A DNA stretch of 64,000 nt, filler included, from an uncultured bacterium (lineage in GTDB: Bacteria > CAYJRR01): the NCBI GenBank assembly GCA_964372275.1. It is 4 parts of 4 records of this genome, joined end to end, with 100 filler letters (N's around TTAATTAATTAA, not from the genome) between each part and the next. Parts side by side here need not be neighbours in the genome. Positions count along the whole stretch, not along the records: positions 17,479 to 34,741 come from CAYJRR010000098.1; 3 more parts are not named here. One strand, given 5' to 3'. Below are positions 20,403 to 30,169 of this stretch, in pieces (the first letter of the stretch is position 1; each line of letters opens with the position of its first letter). The notes beneath the pieces are model-generated. The model ran no database searches, was not told the DNA's origin, and was given only the letters and a program-made list of their open reading frames with translations. Both the position numbers and the translations under genes were made by a program.

Positions 20403-21011
20403 GTGGACTGTCCGAACTGTCACGCGCCGCGGCTCGAGGGCGCCACCGACTGCGCCCGTTGTGGGATCGTCTTTGCGAAGTTCCAGTCGCGTGCGCGCGG
20501 AGGGCCGGACCTCGGCGCGGTTCATCGCCCGGTCGCGCCGCCGGCGGGGCCCTCCTCGGTCGCGCCCACGTTGATCGGGCTCGCCGTCGTCGGAGGCGTC
20601 GTCGCCGGGGGGTACGCCGTCTGGGAGCATTTCTCGAATCCGGCGAACCTCAAGGTCCCGGCGCCGGCCCCCGCTCCCACCCCGGACACCGCCCGGCTTT
20701 CGCCCGAGATGTACGTGCAGCAGTTCGTGAACGTGGGGCTCGGCCTGGAGCTCAACCAGGCGACCGGCGACATCCTCATCACGGGGGACGTCAACAACGG
20801 CGGGGACCGCGCCATCCAGAACCTCGTCTTCCGGATCGACTACACGGCCGCCCTCGGCGGCGGGCCGAACCTTCCCCGACGGTTCGAGACCGGATCGATC
20901 CCCGCACGTACCGCCTTCAAGTCGAATCGGGTCGTCGGGAGCGTCCCCAAGAACGCGTTCTACGTGCAGCTCGACTACAAGATCACCCTGGAGTCGGCTT
21001 CCCTTCGCTGA
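20403..21011 (+). CDS. Zinc-ribbon membrane protein with extracytoplasmic beta domain
   Basis: MDCPNC...[11 protein letters not shown], one TM, Pro-rich linker, ITGDVNNGG Ig-like segment; GGAGG RBS. Confidence 0.7.
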   Translation: MDCPNCHAPRLEGATDCARCGIVFAKFQSRARGGPDLGAVHRPVAPPAGPSSVAPTLIGLAVVGGVVAGGYAVWEHFSNPANLKVPAPAPAPTPDTARLSPEMYVQQFVNVGLGLELNQATGDILITGDVNNGGDRAIQNLVFRIDYTAALGGGPNLPRRFETGSIPARTAFKSNRVVGSVPKNAFYVQLDYKITLESASLR

Positions 21012-21024
21012 TCGGGCGCCCCGG

Positions 21025-21756
21025 TCACCGGAGCCAGGCGTCCATCCGCAGCACCGCCTCCGCGATCGCCTCGGCGATCGCATCCTGCACCGACTCGGTC
21101 TGGAGCGCCACCGCGTCGAGCGGGTTCGAGATCGTTCCGACGTCGAGCAGGGCGGCGGGGCAGGTCGCCCCGACGAGCGGCGCGAGCGGCAGGCGCAGCG
21201 TCCCGCGATCGGGGAGCGCCACCTTGGCGGCGAGCGATTCGCGCAGCGTCTCCGCGAACCGGGCGCTCTGCCCCTCGACCCCCCGTTGCGCGTCGCTCCA
21301 GAGGACGGCGCCCGGTCGCGACGGCCGATCGGGGGCGGTCAGGTCGTGGAAGGCGACGCGGAATCCACGCGCCGACGGTGCGGGCGACGCGTTGGCGTGG
21401 ATCGACAGATAGAGGTCGGCCCTCGTCTCGTTGGCGAGCTGGGCCCGTTCGACCGCCGTGGCGGTCCGGTCCTCGTGTCGGGTGAGGAGGACCCGCGCGC
21501 CGGTCGTCGATTGGATCCGCGCGGCGGCCTTGCGGGCAAGCCCCAAGGCCAACTCCTTCTCGACGACGGAGCGAGCGTCGTCACGGCTGCCCAGGTCGTC
21601 GCCGCCGTGACCCGGATCGAGAACGACCAACGAAATCGTTCGGAGTAACGCTGCGGGAGGCGACGCGTCGGAACCGGGGAGCACCACGTCGGCCGGCAGC
21701 GTCCCCTGCGCGGCCGCGAGCGTCGGTCCGAGAACGAGGAAGGCGAAGGCGTGCAT
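21025..21756 (-). CDS. N-acetylmuramoyl-L-alanine amidase (Amidase_3)
   Basis: VVLDPGHGGDDLG, EKELAL, LLTR, LSIHANAS. Confidence 0.88.
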   Translation of the reverse strand: MHAFAFLVLGPTLAAAQGTLPADVVLPGSDASPPAALLRTISLVVLDPGHGGDDLGSRDDARSVVEKELALGLARKAAARIQSTTGARVLLTRHEDRTATAVERAQLANETRADLYLSIHANASPAPSARGFRVAFHDLTAPDRPSRPGAVLWSDAQRGVEGQSARFAETLRESLAAKVALPDRGTLRLPLAPLVGATCPAALLDVGTISNPLDAVALQTESVQDAIAEAIAEAVLRMDAWLR

Positions 21757-21878
21757 CGGGGATCCTCTCCTACAAGAATTCCACAGCCCCGCTCTCCGAG
21801 CGGGCGCGAGGGGGGTGACGACCGGGTTTTCGCTTGGCAACGGGCTCTCCGCGATGGCACGATCCGATACGAGTGACA

Positions 21879-21904
21879 ATGCGTTGCCATACGTGGCAAC
21901 GCAT
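21879..21904. promoter_or_regulatory. Perfect 11-bp inverted repeat upstream of smc (operator or 5'UTR hairpin)
   Basis: ATGCGTTGCCA-TACG-TGGCAACGCAT in the divergent amidase/smc intergenic region. Confidence 0.5.
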
Positions 21905-21933
21905 CCAGGGTTCGGGAGCCCGGAGGGCGGCGC

Positions 21934-24900
21934 GTGCGAATCAAGCGGCTGGAGATCCACGGCTTCAAGTCGTTCATGGACAAGACGGTCTTCCACTTCA
22001 CGGGGGGGATGACGGCCGTCGTCGGTCCGAACGGCTGCGGCAAGTCGAACATCGTCGACGCCATCCTCTGGTGCATGGGGGAGCAGAGTCCGAAACAGCT
22101 CCGCGGGAAGGAGATGCAGGACGTCATCTTCGCCGGCTCCGAGAGCCGACCGCCGATGGGGCTCGCCGAAGTCTCGCTCTTCTTCGAGATGGAGGAGCCT
22201 TCCCGCGTCCCCGAGACCGACTCCGCCGTCGATGCCGCCGTCGAACCTTCGCACACGCTCACCCAGTTCACCGAGGTTCAGGTTACGCGCCGGCTGTTCC
22301 GCTCCGGCGAGTCCGAATATTGGATGAACAAGACCCCGTGCCGCCTCCGCGACATCCAGGAGCTTTTCATGGACGCGGGGCTCGGCAAAGGGGCCTATTC
22401 GATCATCGAGCAGGGGAAGGTGGGATTGATCGTCTCCTCGAGACCGGAGGAGCGACGGATCCTGCTCGAGGAGGCGGCGGGGATCGCGAAGTTCAAGAGC
22501 CGCAAGAAGGCGGCGCTCGCCAAGATGGAACAGACGGAGCAGAACCTGCTTCGCGTCAACGACGTCGTCGTCGAGCTCGCCAAACAGATGGCGAGCCTCG
22601 ATCGACAGGCGAAGAAGGCCGAGCGCTACCGGAAGATGCGCGATGAGGTCCGGGCCGTCGACCTGAAGGTGGCGGCCGCCGAGCACGAGCGGAGGCTCCG
22701 CGAGCTCGAGGCCGAGCAGGCGGCGCTGGCCGAGCTCCGGGAGCGCGAAATCTCGGCGGCGGCGGAGATCGCCAACGCCGAAGGCGAGATGGAGGTCGTC
22801 CGCGGAAAGCTGGTGGACGAGGAGCGGCTCCTCTCCGGGATCCAGGAGCGGCTGTTCGAGGAGAACAACCGGATCCAGCTCGACGAGAAGAACGTCGAAT
22901 ACTCGACGCGCGAGCTCGAGCGGCTGAAGGAGGCGGCGGAGACGGCGACGGCGGAGATCGCCCGCCTGGCCGGCGAGCGAACCCGGATCGGCGAGGAGCT
23001 CCTGCGCGGGGCCGAGGAACGCGAACGGCTCGAGCGGGAGATCGCGGAGTCGATCGACGCCATCGCGCTCAAGTCGGACGCGGTGGTCGCATCGCGCGCC
23101 GCGCTAGGGGCTCTGAACCAACGGATCGACGAGCTCAAGGGCCGGGTGGTGGAGGCGATGCAGATGGTCGCCGCGACGCGCAACGCGCGGGTCGGTCTCG
23201 AGAAGCGGGACGCCGACCTCGCCATGAGACTGGAGCGCGAGGAGTCGGAGCGGGACGAGGTGGCGGCGCGTGTCGCCCGTGATCGCCGGGCGGTCGACGA
23301 GGGGGCGCGCCTGCTGTCGGAGCTCAAACAGATGAAGCTGGGGCTCGCCCACCGCAAAGAGGAGCACGACCGCCTTCGCGAACGGCTCGGCGCCGACCTG
23401 GCGGCGGCCGAGGGGTCGCTGCAGGAGACCTCCGCACGGCGGACGGCGAAACGGTCGCGACTGGAGTCGCTGCTCGAGCTCAAGAGCTCCTACGAGGGGT
23501 ACCACAAAGGGGTGCGCGAGGTGATGACGCGCGCCGGCGCCACCGGTTCGCTCGCGGTTCTCGGGGACGAACCCGAGGAGGCGACGCCCCTGCCGGCGGC
23601 CGCGCCGCCGGTCCTGGGCCCGCCGACCGACGGAGGCGCCTCGATGGTCTCCGCCGCCTGGGGATCGAGCGCCATCTCCACCGCCACCTCCGCGCGCGAG
23701 CTGGCGGCGGTCGACGTCCAATCCGCCGGCGAGCTTCCCGGCGCGAAAACCGGCGCGGGGGCCACTCCGGCCGCCGCGCTCCACGGCGTCTTCGGCCTGG
23801 TGGCGGAGTACCTCGAGGTGCCTCCTCGATTCGAGACCGCCCTCGAAGCGGTGCTCGGCGATCGCCTCCAGGCGGTGATCGTCGCCCGGCACGACGAGGG
23901 TCTGGACGCCCTTTCGTTCCTGAAGGCGGAGGCGAAGGGTCGCGGCACGTTTCTTCCGCTCGATCTCGACCTGCCGGCCCCCGCCGCGGGCCGGATCGAT
24001 CGGGGGGCGCGCGGGATCCTCGGCCCCCTCCTCGAACAGGTGACGGTCCGATCCGAGTTCGCGTCGGTCGCGACGTACCTGCTGCAGGACGTGGTGGTGG
24101 CCGAGACGCTCGACGCCGCGCTGTCGGCGCGGGCGGCCCACCGCGGCGCGCGCCGCACCTGGGTCACGCTCGAAGGGGAGGTGATCGACGCCGCCGGCGC
24201 GCTGACCGGAGGAAGCCGCGAGGGACTCGCGACCGGTCTGCTGCAGCGCAAGCGTGAGGTGAAGGAGCTTTACCGCGAGGTGGCGGAGCTGGAGCAGGCG
24301 CACGCGCAGCGGGCCTTGGCGCGGGAACAGGCGGCGCGGTCGCTCTCGCAGGTGGAAGAGGCGATCGAGGCCCTCGCCAAGAGCGAGCACGAAGAGGAGA
24401 TCCGCTGCCTCGAGCAGGAGAAGGACCTGGCCGCCGTCCGGGAGCGGCTGGAGCGCGATCGCCAGCGGTTGGAGGTGCTCGAGTTCGAGGCGGGCGAGAT
24501 CCGCCGCCAACGGGACGAGGTCGCCGCGGAGCGGGCCGAGGCCGAGCGCCGCATCGAGACGTTGGGGTGTCGCCGCGAGGAGGACGCGCGGACCCTCGAC
24601 GACCTTTCGGGCCAGGCCCGGGTCGTGGCGCAGGAGATCGAGACGTTGGGAAACGCGGAGACGGCGGCGCGGGTGGAGATGGCCGAGCGCCGGTCGCGCC
24701 GGGACGCGCTCGCCGCCGCGCTCGAACGGCTGGAGCGCGGCCGGCTCGACGTCGAGGGCCGGATCGAACGGCTGAACCGCCAGATGGAGGAGGGGGCGGC
24801 CGAAGAGGTGCGCCTGACCGGCTCGATCGAGGCTCTGCGCGCTTCGATCGCCGACCGGGTGCGGGAGGCCGAGCGGCTGCGCCTCGAGCTCCTCGCATCG

Positions 24901-25797
24901 CGCGAGGCGTTCGACGCCGAAACCCACGCGCTCCGCGAGAGGGAGTCCTCGGTGAAAAACCTCCGCCGCCACCTGGCGGAGCTGCGCGACGCGACCGCCG
25001 GCGCCCAGGTGAAGGAGACCGAGCTGGCGATGGGACTGAAGCACGCCGTGCAGCAGGTCGCCGAGCGCTACAACGAGGACCTGGACAGCCGGTTCCGCGA
25101 CTGGATCGATCCGGCGCTCGACCTGGAGGCGGCGTCGGCGCAGGTCGCCGAACTGAAGGAGCGGATGGCCCGTCTCGGCGAGGTGAACCTCACCGCGATC
25201 GAGGAGTACGCCGAGGTCGCGCAGCGTCACGACTTCCTCGCCGGCCAGAAGGCCGACCTGGAGCAGACGCTGGCGCAGCTCCGGGACACGATCGCCAAGA
25301 TCAACCGCACGTCGAAGGAGCGCTTCCTGGAGACGTTCGAGAAGGTGAACGAGCGCTTCCAGGAGCTCTTCCCGAAACTGTTCCGCGGAGGGAAGGCGCA
25401 CCTGGTGCTCACCGACAGCGACGACCTGCTGGAGGCCGGCATCGACATCGTGGCGCAGCCGCCGGGGAAGAAGCTGCAGAACATCAACCTCCTCTCCGGC
25501 GGCGAGAAGGCGCTGACCGCCGTCAGCCTGATCATGGCGATCTTCCTCATCCGCCCGACGCCCTTCTGCCTGCTGGACGAGGTCGACGCCCCGCTCGACG
25601 AGGCGAACGTCGGCCGCTACAACGAGATCGTCCGCGAGATGAGCGCGCGGACACAGTTCATCGTGATCACCCACAACAAGAACACGATGGCGCGGTGCGA
25701 CGCCCTCTACGGGATCACGATGGAGGAGCCCGGCGTCTCCAAGATGGTGAGCGTCAAGTTCCACGGCGAGCGCATCCAGACCCCCGCCGTGGCGTAA
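21934..25797 (+). CDS. smc: Chromosome segregation protein SMC
   Basis: GFKSF, VGPNGCGKSN (Walker A), coiled coils, hinge GKGRGTF-like (AKGRGTFLPL), LLSGGEK, LLDEVDAPLD, ITHNK. Confidence 0.97.
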   Translation: MRIKRLEIHGFKSFMDKTVFHFTGGMTAVVGPNGCGKSNIVDAILWCMGEQSPKQLRGKEMQDVIFAGSESRPPMGLAEVSLFFEMEEPSRVPETDSAVDAAVEPSHTLTQFTEVQVTRRLFRSGESEYWMNKTPCRLRDIQELFMDAGLGKGAYSIIEQGKVGLIVSSRPEERRILLEEAAGIAKFKSRKKAALAKMEQTEQNLLRVNDVVVELAKQMASLDRQAKKAERYRKMRDEVRAVDLKVAAAEHERRLRELEAEQAALAELREREISAAAEIANAEGEMEVVRGKLVDEERLLSGIQERLFEENNRIQLDEKNVEYSTRELERLKEAAETATAEIARLAGERTRIGEELLRGAEERERLEREIAESIDAIALKSDAVVASRAALGALNQRIDELKGRVVEAMQMVAATRNARVGLEKRDADLAMRLEREESERDEVAARVARDRRAVDEGARLLSELKQMKLGLAHRKEEHDRLRERLGADLAAAEGSLQETSARRTAKRSRLESLLELKSSYEGYHKGVREVMTRAGATGSLAVLGDEPEEATPLPAAAPPVLGPPTDGGASMVSAAWGSSAISTATSARELAAVDVQSAGELPGAKTGAGATPAAALHGVFGLVAEYLEVPPRFETALEAVLGDRLQAVIVARHDEGLDALSFLKAEAKGRGTFLPLDLDLPAPAAGRIDRGARGILGPLLEQVTVRSEFASVATYLLQDVVVAETLDAALSARAAHRGARRTWVTLEGEVIDAAGALTGGSREGLATGLLQRKREVKELYREVAELEQAHAQRALAREQAARSLSQVEEAIEALAKSEHEEEIRCLEQEKDLAAVRERLERDRQRLEVLEFEAGEIRRQRDEVAAERAEAERRIETLGCRREEDARTLDDLSGQARVVAQEIETLGNAETAARVEMAERRSRRDALAAALERLERGRLDVEGRIERLNRQMEEGAAEEVRLTGSIEALRASIADRVREAERLRLELLASREAFDAETHALRERESSVKNLRRHLAELRDATAGAQVKETELAMGLKHAVQQVAERYNEDLDSRFRDWIDPALDLEAASAQVAELKERMARLGEVNLTAIEEYAEVAQRHDFLAGQKADLEQTLAQLRDTIAKINRTSKERFLETFEKVNERFQELFPKLFRGGKAHLVLTDSDDLLEAGIDIVAQPPGKKLQNINLLSGGEKALTAVSLIMAIFLIRPTPFCLLDEVDAPLDEANVGRYNEIVREMSARTQFIVITHNKNTMARCDALYGITMEEPGVSKMVSVKFHGERIQTPAVA

Positions 25798-25806
25798 GAT
25801 CCGTCG

Positions 25807-26172
25807 ATGCCGTTCCAGCGGATCCTCGAGTCGCTCGTGCGCTCGGTCGCGGGTGCGCGCGGCGCCGTCTTCGTCGATCGCGACGGCGATCCGGTCGCCT
25901 TCGTCGGCGCCGACCGGCCGGGGGGCGAGGACGAGATCCAGCTGGAAGGGGCGGAGCTGGGGCTGCTCCTTTCGCGCGTGGAGACGATCGGCCGGGCCGC
26001 CGGCCTGGGGGAGAGCCGGGCCATGCACGTGCGGACGGAGCACGGCCTGCTCCTTCTCCAGTCGATCGACGACGAGTACTTCCTGCTGCTTTCGGCCGCG
26101 CCGAGCACGGCGACCGGCACGGCCCGCGCCCGCCTCGCCGCCGCCGCCGCCGAGATGCGCGCGCACCTGTAG
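25807..26172 (+). CDS. Roadblock/LC7 domain protein
   Basis: 121 aa; V-x-GARGAVFVDRDGDPV...YFLLL...GTARARL matches the roadblock/LC7 pattern. Confidence 0.8.
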   Translation: MPFQRILESLVRSVAGARGAVFVDRDGDPVAFVGADRPGGEDEIQLEGAELGLLLSRVETIGRAAGLGESRAMHVRTEHGLLLLQSIDDEYFLLLSAAPSTATGTARARLAAAAAEMRAHL

Positions 26173-26248
26173 GCGGCCGCGGAATCTGAGACGACCTCGG
26201 CCGGAGCCGCTTTACAGCGCGCGGTGACTCGGGCTACGACCCCGGCCG

Positions 26249-27358
26249 ATGACGCCGGCCGTGGTGTGGATCGGAATCGTGGCGCTGCTCGCGCTCGTCG
26301 CGCTGGCGGTGGGGCGACTGCGGCGGCTCGGGGGCCGGCCGGCGCCGCCGCCCCTGCCTGCGCCGTCCCCTCCGTCGGAGGTCTCGCCTCCGCCCTCCGT
26401 CCCCCCCGCCGCCCCGCCGCCCGTTCCGGCCGCCGCGCCGCGGACGATCGCCGGGGCCCTGAGCTCGACGCGGGAGGGGTTCGTCGGGCGGCTCCGGCAG
26501 CTCGTGCGCGGCCGCGCGATCGACGTAGGCCTGCTCGACGAGATGGAGGAGGTGTTGTTCGGCGCCGACCTCGGCGTGCGCGCCACCACCGCGCTCCTCG
26601 AGACCCTGCGCGAGCGCGTCGGGCGTCGCGAGGCCTCCGATCCGGCGGCGCTGCAGCGGATCCTGCGCGAGGAGATCCGACGGATGCTCGGGGACCCGCC
26701 GCCTCCGCCCCTTTGGGCCGACGCCGCCGTCGCCGCCGCCGGCCGTCCCTACGTGGTGATGGCGGTCGGGGTGAACGGCGTCGGGAAGACGACCACCATC
26801 GGGAAGCTCGCCAAGCGCGTTTCGGATTCGGGCCGGAAGGTCCTGCTCGGCGCCGGCGACACCTTCCGCGCCGCCGCCGCCGAACAGCTGCAGATCTGGG
26901 CCGAGCGGGCCGGCGCCGACGTCGTCGCCAACAAGGAGGGGACCGATCCGTCGGCGGTCGCCTTCGACGCGGCCAAGGCGGCGGTCGCGCGCGGCGCCGA
27001 CGTGATGATCCTGGACACCGCCGGGCGGCTCCACTCCAAGCAGAACCTGATGGAAGAGCTGAAGAAGGTGCGCCGCGTGGTCGGCCGCGAGATCCCGGGC
27101 AGCCCGCACGAGACGCTGCTGGTCGTCGACGCCACCACCGGCCAGAACGCGCTGGCCCAGGCGCGCGAGTTCCACGCCGCCGTCGGCGTCACCGGGGTGG
27201 CGCTGACCAAGCTCGACGGATCGGCGAAGGGCGGGATCGTGATCGCCATCCGCGACGAATTGCAGCTTCCGATCCGCTACGTCGGCATCGGCGAAGCGGT
27301 CGAGGACTTGAAACCGTTCGACCCCGACGAGTTCGTCGACGCGCTGTTTTCCGTGTAA
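26249..27358 (+). CDS. ftsY: Signal recognition particle receptor FtsY
   Basis: GVNGVGKTTTIGKLA, DTFRAAA, DTAGRL, TKLDGSAKGG, GIGE. Confidence 0.97.
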   Translation: MTPAVVWIGIVALLALVALAVGRLRRLGGRPAPPPLPAPSPPSEVSPPPSVPPAAPPPVPAAAPRTIAGALSSTREGFVGRLRQLVRGRAIDVGLLDEMEEVLFGADLGVRATTALLETLRERVGRREASDPAALQRILREEIRRMLGDPPPPPLWADAAVAAAGRPYVVMAVGVNGVGKTTTIGKLAKRVSDSGRKVLLGAGDTFRAAAAEQLQIWAERAGADVVANKEGTDPSAVAFDAAKAAVARGADVMILDTAGRLHSKQNLMEELKKVRRVVGREIPGSPHETLLVVDATTGQNALAQAREFHAAVGVTGVALTKLDGSAKGGIVIAIRDELQLPIRYVGIGEAVEDLKPFDPDEFVDALFSV

Positions 27359-27388
27359 GATCAAAGCATTCCCGCCTCGCTCGATCCC

Positions 27389-29059
27389 GTGCCGCACTTC
27401 AGCCTGATGACGATGCTGGGCGGGGTCTGCCTCTTCCTGTTCGGGATGGGGCTGGCGCGCGACGGACTGCAGCTGGTCGCCGGCGATCGGCTTCGAACCA
27501 TCCTCCATTCGCTCACCGAACGCCGAGCGATGGCGATCGGCGTCGGCGCGCTGGTCACGGCGATCATCCAGTCGTCGACGGCGACGACGGTGATGCTCGT
27601 CGGCTTCGCGTCGGCCGGCCTGATCTCGCTCACCCAGGCGATGGGCGTCCTCCTGGGGGCCGACATCGGGACGACCGTCACCGTCCAACTGATCTCCCTG
27701 CACGTCACCGACTACGCCCTGTGGCTGGTGATCGCCGGTTTCGGCGTCTCGCGCTGGGGATGGACCAAGCAGGCGCGATACGTCGGACAGGCGCTGCTCG
27801 GCTTCGGATTCATCTTCTACTCGATCGCCCTGATGAAGGCGGCGACCGAGCCGCTGCAATCCAATCCGGCGACCCGGTCCGTGCTCCTGTTCTTCGCGGA
27901 GGAGCCGATCTACGCCTTCGCGGCGGCGGCGACGCTCACCGCCGCGATCCAGTCGAGCGCCGCGGTGATCGGGCTGGTTCTGTCGCTTGCGCTGTCCGGC
28001 GCCATGCGGCTCGACGCGGCGCTGCCGATGGTGCTCGGCGCGAACATCGGCACCTGCGCCACGGCGATCCTCTCCTCCTCGGGCGCCGACGCCGAAGGGA
28101 AGCGAGTCGCCTGGGCGCACCTGATGTTCAAGCTCGCGGGGGCGGCGCTGGTCTTCCCGCTGCTCGGACCCTACGAGGAGCTGGTCCGCGCCTGGACCGC
28201 CTTCCTCGCCGAGCGGATCAACGAATCGGAGTCGTCGGTCGCGCGGCAGGTGGCGTGGGCCCACACCCTGTTCAACGTGGGGGTGACGGTCCTGTTCGCC
28301 CCGCTGGTGCCGTTCGGCGCCGCCTTCCTGCGCCGGCTGATCCCCGCCCCCAAGGACGAGCGGTCGGAGTTCCGTCCCAAGTACCTCGACCCGCGCGCGC
28401 TCGACACGCCGTCGCTCGCCTTCGGGCACGCCAGCCGCGAGATGCTCCGCATGGCCGACGTCGTCCAGGAGATGCTCGACGACGTCCTGCTCCTGTTCAC
28501 CACCAACGACCCGGAGCTGCCGTCGAGGATCCTCGCCAAGGACGACCTGGTCGACCTGCTCGACCGCGAGATCAAGTTCTACCTCACCCGCCTGTCGGAT
28601 CGCGGCTTCACGCCGGAGCAGAAGCGGACCGAGATGCGGGTGATCGCGCTGACCTCCGACCTGGAGCACATCGGCGACGTCATCGACAAGCACCTGGTGG
28701 AGATCGCGGAGAAGAAGATGCGCCTCTCGCTCTCCTTCAGCGAAGAGGGCTGGAAGGAGATCTGCGATTTCCACGCGAAGGTTCGCGAGAACTTCGTGCT
28801 CGCCGTCACCGCCTACACCAACAAGGATCCCGAGCTGGCGCACAAGGTGCTGCGACACAAGAAGCGCCTCGGCGAGATCGAACGATCGCTCAAGGAGCGG
28901 CACATCCAGCGGTTGCACCAGGGGCTGAAGGAGAGCTTCGACACCTCCTCCCTCCACCTCGACATCCTGTCCAACCTCCGACGCATCAACTCCTACGTCA
29001 CCAGCTTCGCCCACGCGGTGATCGACTTCCAGCGACCGTCGGTGGAGGAGATCGCGTGA
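27389..29059 (+). CDS. Na+/phosphate cotransporter family protein with C-terminal PhoU domains
   Basis: Two QSS repeats (IIQSSTAT, IQSSAA), GADIGTT and GANIGT motifs, DLEHIGD PhoU motif. Confidence 0.93.
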   Translation: MPHFSLMTMLGGVCLFLFGMGLARDGLQLVAGDRLRTILHSLTERRAMAIGVGALVTAIIQSSTATTVMLVGFASAGLISLTQAMGVLLGADIGTTVTVQLISLHVTDYALWLVIAGFGVSRWGWTKQARYVGQALLGFGFIFYSIALMKAATEPLQSNPATRSVLLFFAEEPIYAFAAAATLTAAIQSSAAVIGLVLSLALSGAMRLDAALPMVLGANIGTCATAILSSSGADAEGKRVAWAHLMFKLAGAALVFPLLGPYEELVRAWTAFLAERINESESSVARQVAWAHTLFNVGVTVLFAPLVPFGAAFLRRLIPAPKDERSEFRPKYLDPRALDTPSLAFGHASREMLRMADVVQEMLDDVLLLFTTNDPELPSRILAKDDLVDLLDREIKFYLTRLSDRGFTPEQKRTEMRVIALTSDLEHIGDVIDKHLVEIAEKKMRLSLSFSEEGWKEICDFHAKVRENFVLAVTAYTNKDPELAHKVLRHKKRLGEIERSLKERHIQRLHQGLKESFDTSSLHLDILSNLRRINSYVTSFAHAVIDFQRPSVEEIA

Positions 29060-29090
29060 TCGGTGTAAGCTTCGAACGGGTGCAACGACG

Positions 29091-29483
29091 ATGAAAGAAC
29101 CGGTGACCCGATCGCACGAGGTCGTCCTCCTCGGCCGGAAGTTCAAGCTTCGCACCAACCACGACGCCCGCTATCTCGCACGGCTCGCCGAGCACGTGAC
29201 CGACCAGGTCAACGAGCTGCAGCGCAAAGGGGCGACCAGCACCCTCGACGCGGCGCTGCTCGCCGCGCTCAAGCTCACCGAGGAGTCGTGGGACGTGAAG
29301 CGCGAGGCCGAGGAACGCCTCGCGGCCGTCGGCGAGAAGACGAAGACGCTGCTCGCCCTGGTCGAGGAGCAGCTCGCCGGGGCCTCCAAGACCGCTCCCG
29401 CCGACCGTCCGCCCGCAACCGGCCGCGAGACCGCGGCCGAGCCAGCCGCCGACTTGGCCGTCGCCGCCGAGCTCCGCCGGTAG
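29091..29483 (+). CDS. zapA: Cell division protein ZapA
   Basis: VVLLGRKFKLRT...YLARLAEHV...AALLAAL; syntenic with ftsY and 5-FCL. Confidence 0.82.
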   Translation: MKEPVTRSHEVVLLGRKFKLRTNHDARYLARLAEHVTDQVNELQRKGATSTLDAALLAALKLTEESWDVKREAEERLAAVGEKTKTLLALVEEQLAGASKTAPADRPPATGRETAAEPAADLAVAAELRR

Positions 29484-29507
29484 ACCCCACGGGCGTTCGA
29501 GGTAGGC

Positions 29508-30092
29508 GTGGGTTCCGACGAAAAGCCGACGCTCCGTCGTGAGCTCCTCGCCGCCCGCGACGCGCTACCGGCGGATCTCCGTCGCCGCCACTCCGCCGCG
29601 ATCGCCGCGCAGGTCGCGGCGTTGCCCGCCTTCCGGGGTGCGCGGAGGATCGCGCTCTACGCCGAGATCGGCAGCGAGGTCGAGACCGGCCCCCTCGACC
29701 GCGCGGCGCGGGAAGGCGGCGCGGAGGTCCTCTATCCGCGGATCCTCGCCGGCGGCGAGCTCGGTTTTTTCCGGGCCCGCCGCGAGGAGCTCGTCCCCGC
29801 CGTCTGGGGGATCCCGACGCCGCCGCTCGAGGAGGACCGCCGCGTCGAGGCCGCCGCGGTCGACCTCTTCGTCGTTCCGGCGCTCGCCTTCGACCTCCGC
29901 GGCCACCGCCTCGGCTACGGCCGCGGCTATTACGACCGGACGCTCTCCTCCGCGCCGGCGGCGGCGACGATCGGCATCGCGTTCGACGTGCAGATCGTGC
30001 CGGACCTCCCGGCGGAATCGCGCGACGTCCCGGTCGGCCGGGTGGTGACCGAGCTCCGCTCACTCCCCGGCGGGCCTCCCTCATCCCGTTAG
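29508..30092 (+). CDS. 5-formyltetrahydrofolate cyclo-ligase
   Basis: [34 protein letters not shown]. Confidence 0.93.
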   Translation: MGSDEKPTLRRELLAARDALPADLRRRHSAAIAAQVAALPAFRGARRIALYAEIGSEVETGPLDRAAREGGAEVLYPRILAGGELGFFRARREELVPAVWGIPTPPLEEDRRVEAAAVDLFVVPALAFDLRGHRLGYGRGYYDRTLSSAPAAATIGIAFDVQIVPDLPAESRDVPVGRVVTELRSLPGGPPSSR

Positions 30093-30169
30093 CACGCCCT
30101 TCGGGCCCCCGGGGAGTTTCCCCGAACCCCCTGGCGATGCCGTCGGTAGATGTGCTCTAACCGGCGCCG

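Noticed and set aside
21883..21900. Palindrome upstream of smc as a parS site
   Set aside because: It resembles TGTTCCACGTGGAACA only partly; extra bases in the arms and centre break the 16-bp consensus.
23530..23781. Intein in SMC (and in the CusA insertion at 4001-4360)
   Set aside because: No C/S start with HN-C/S/T end and no splicing blocks; both inserts are low-complexity.
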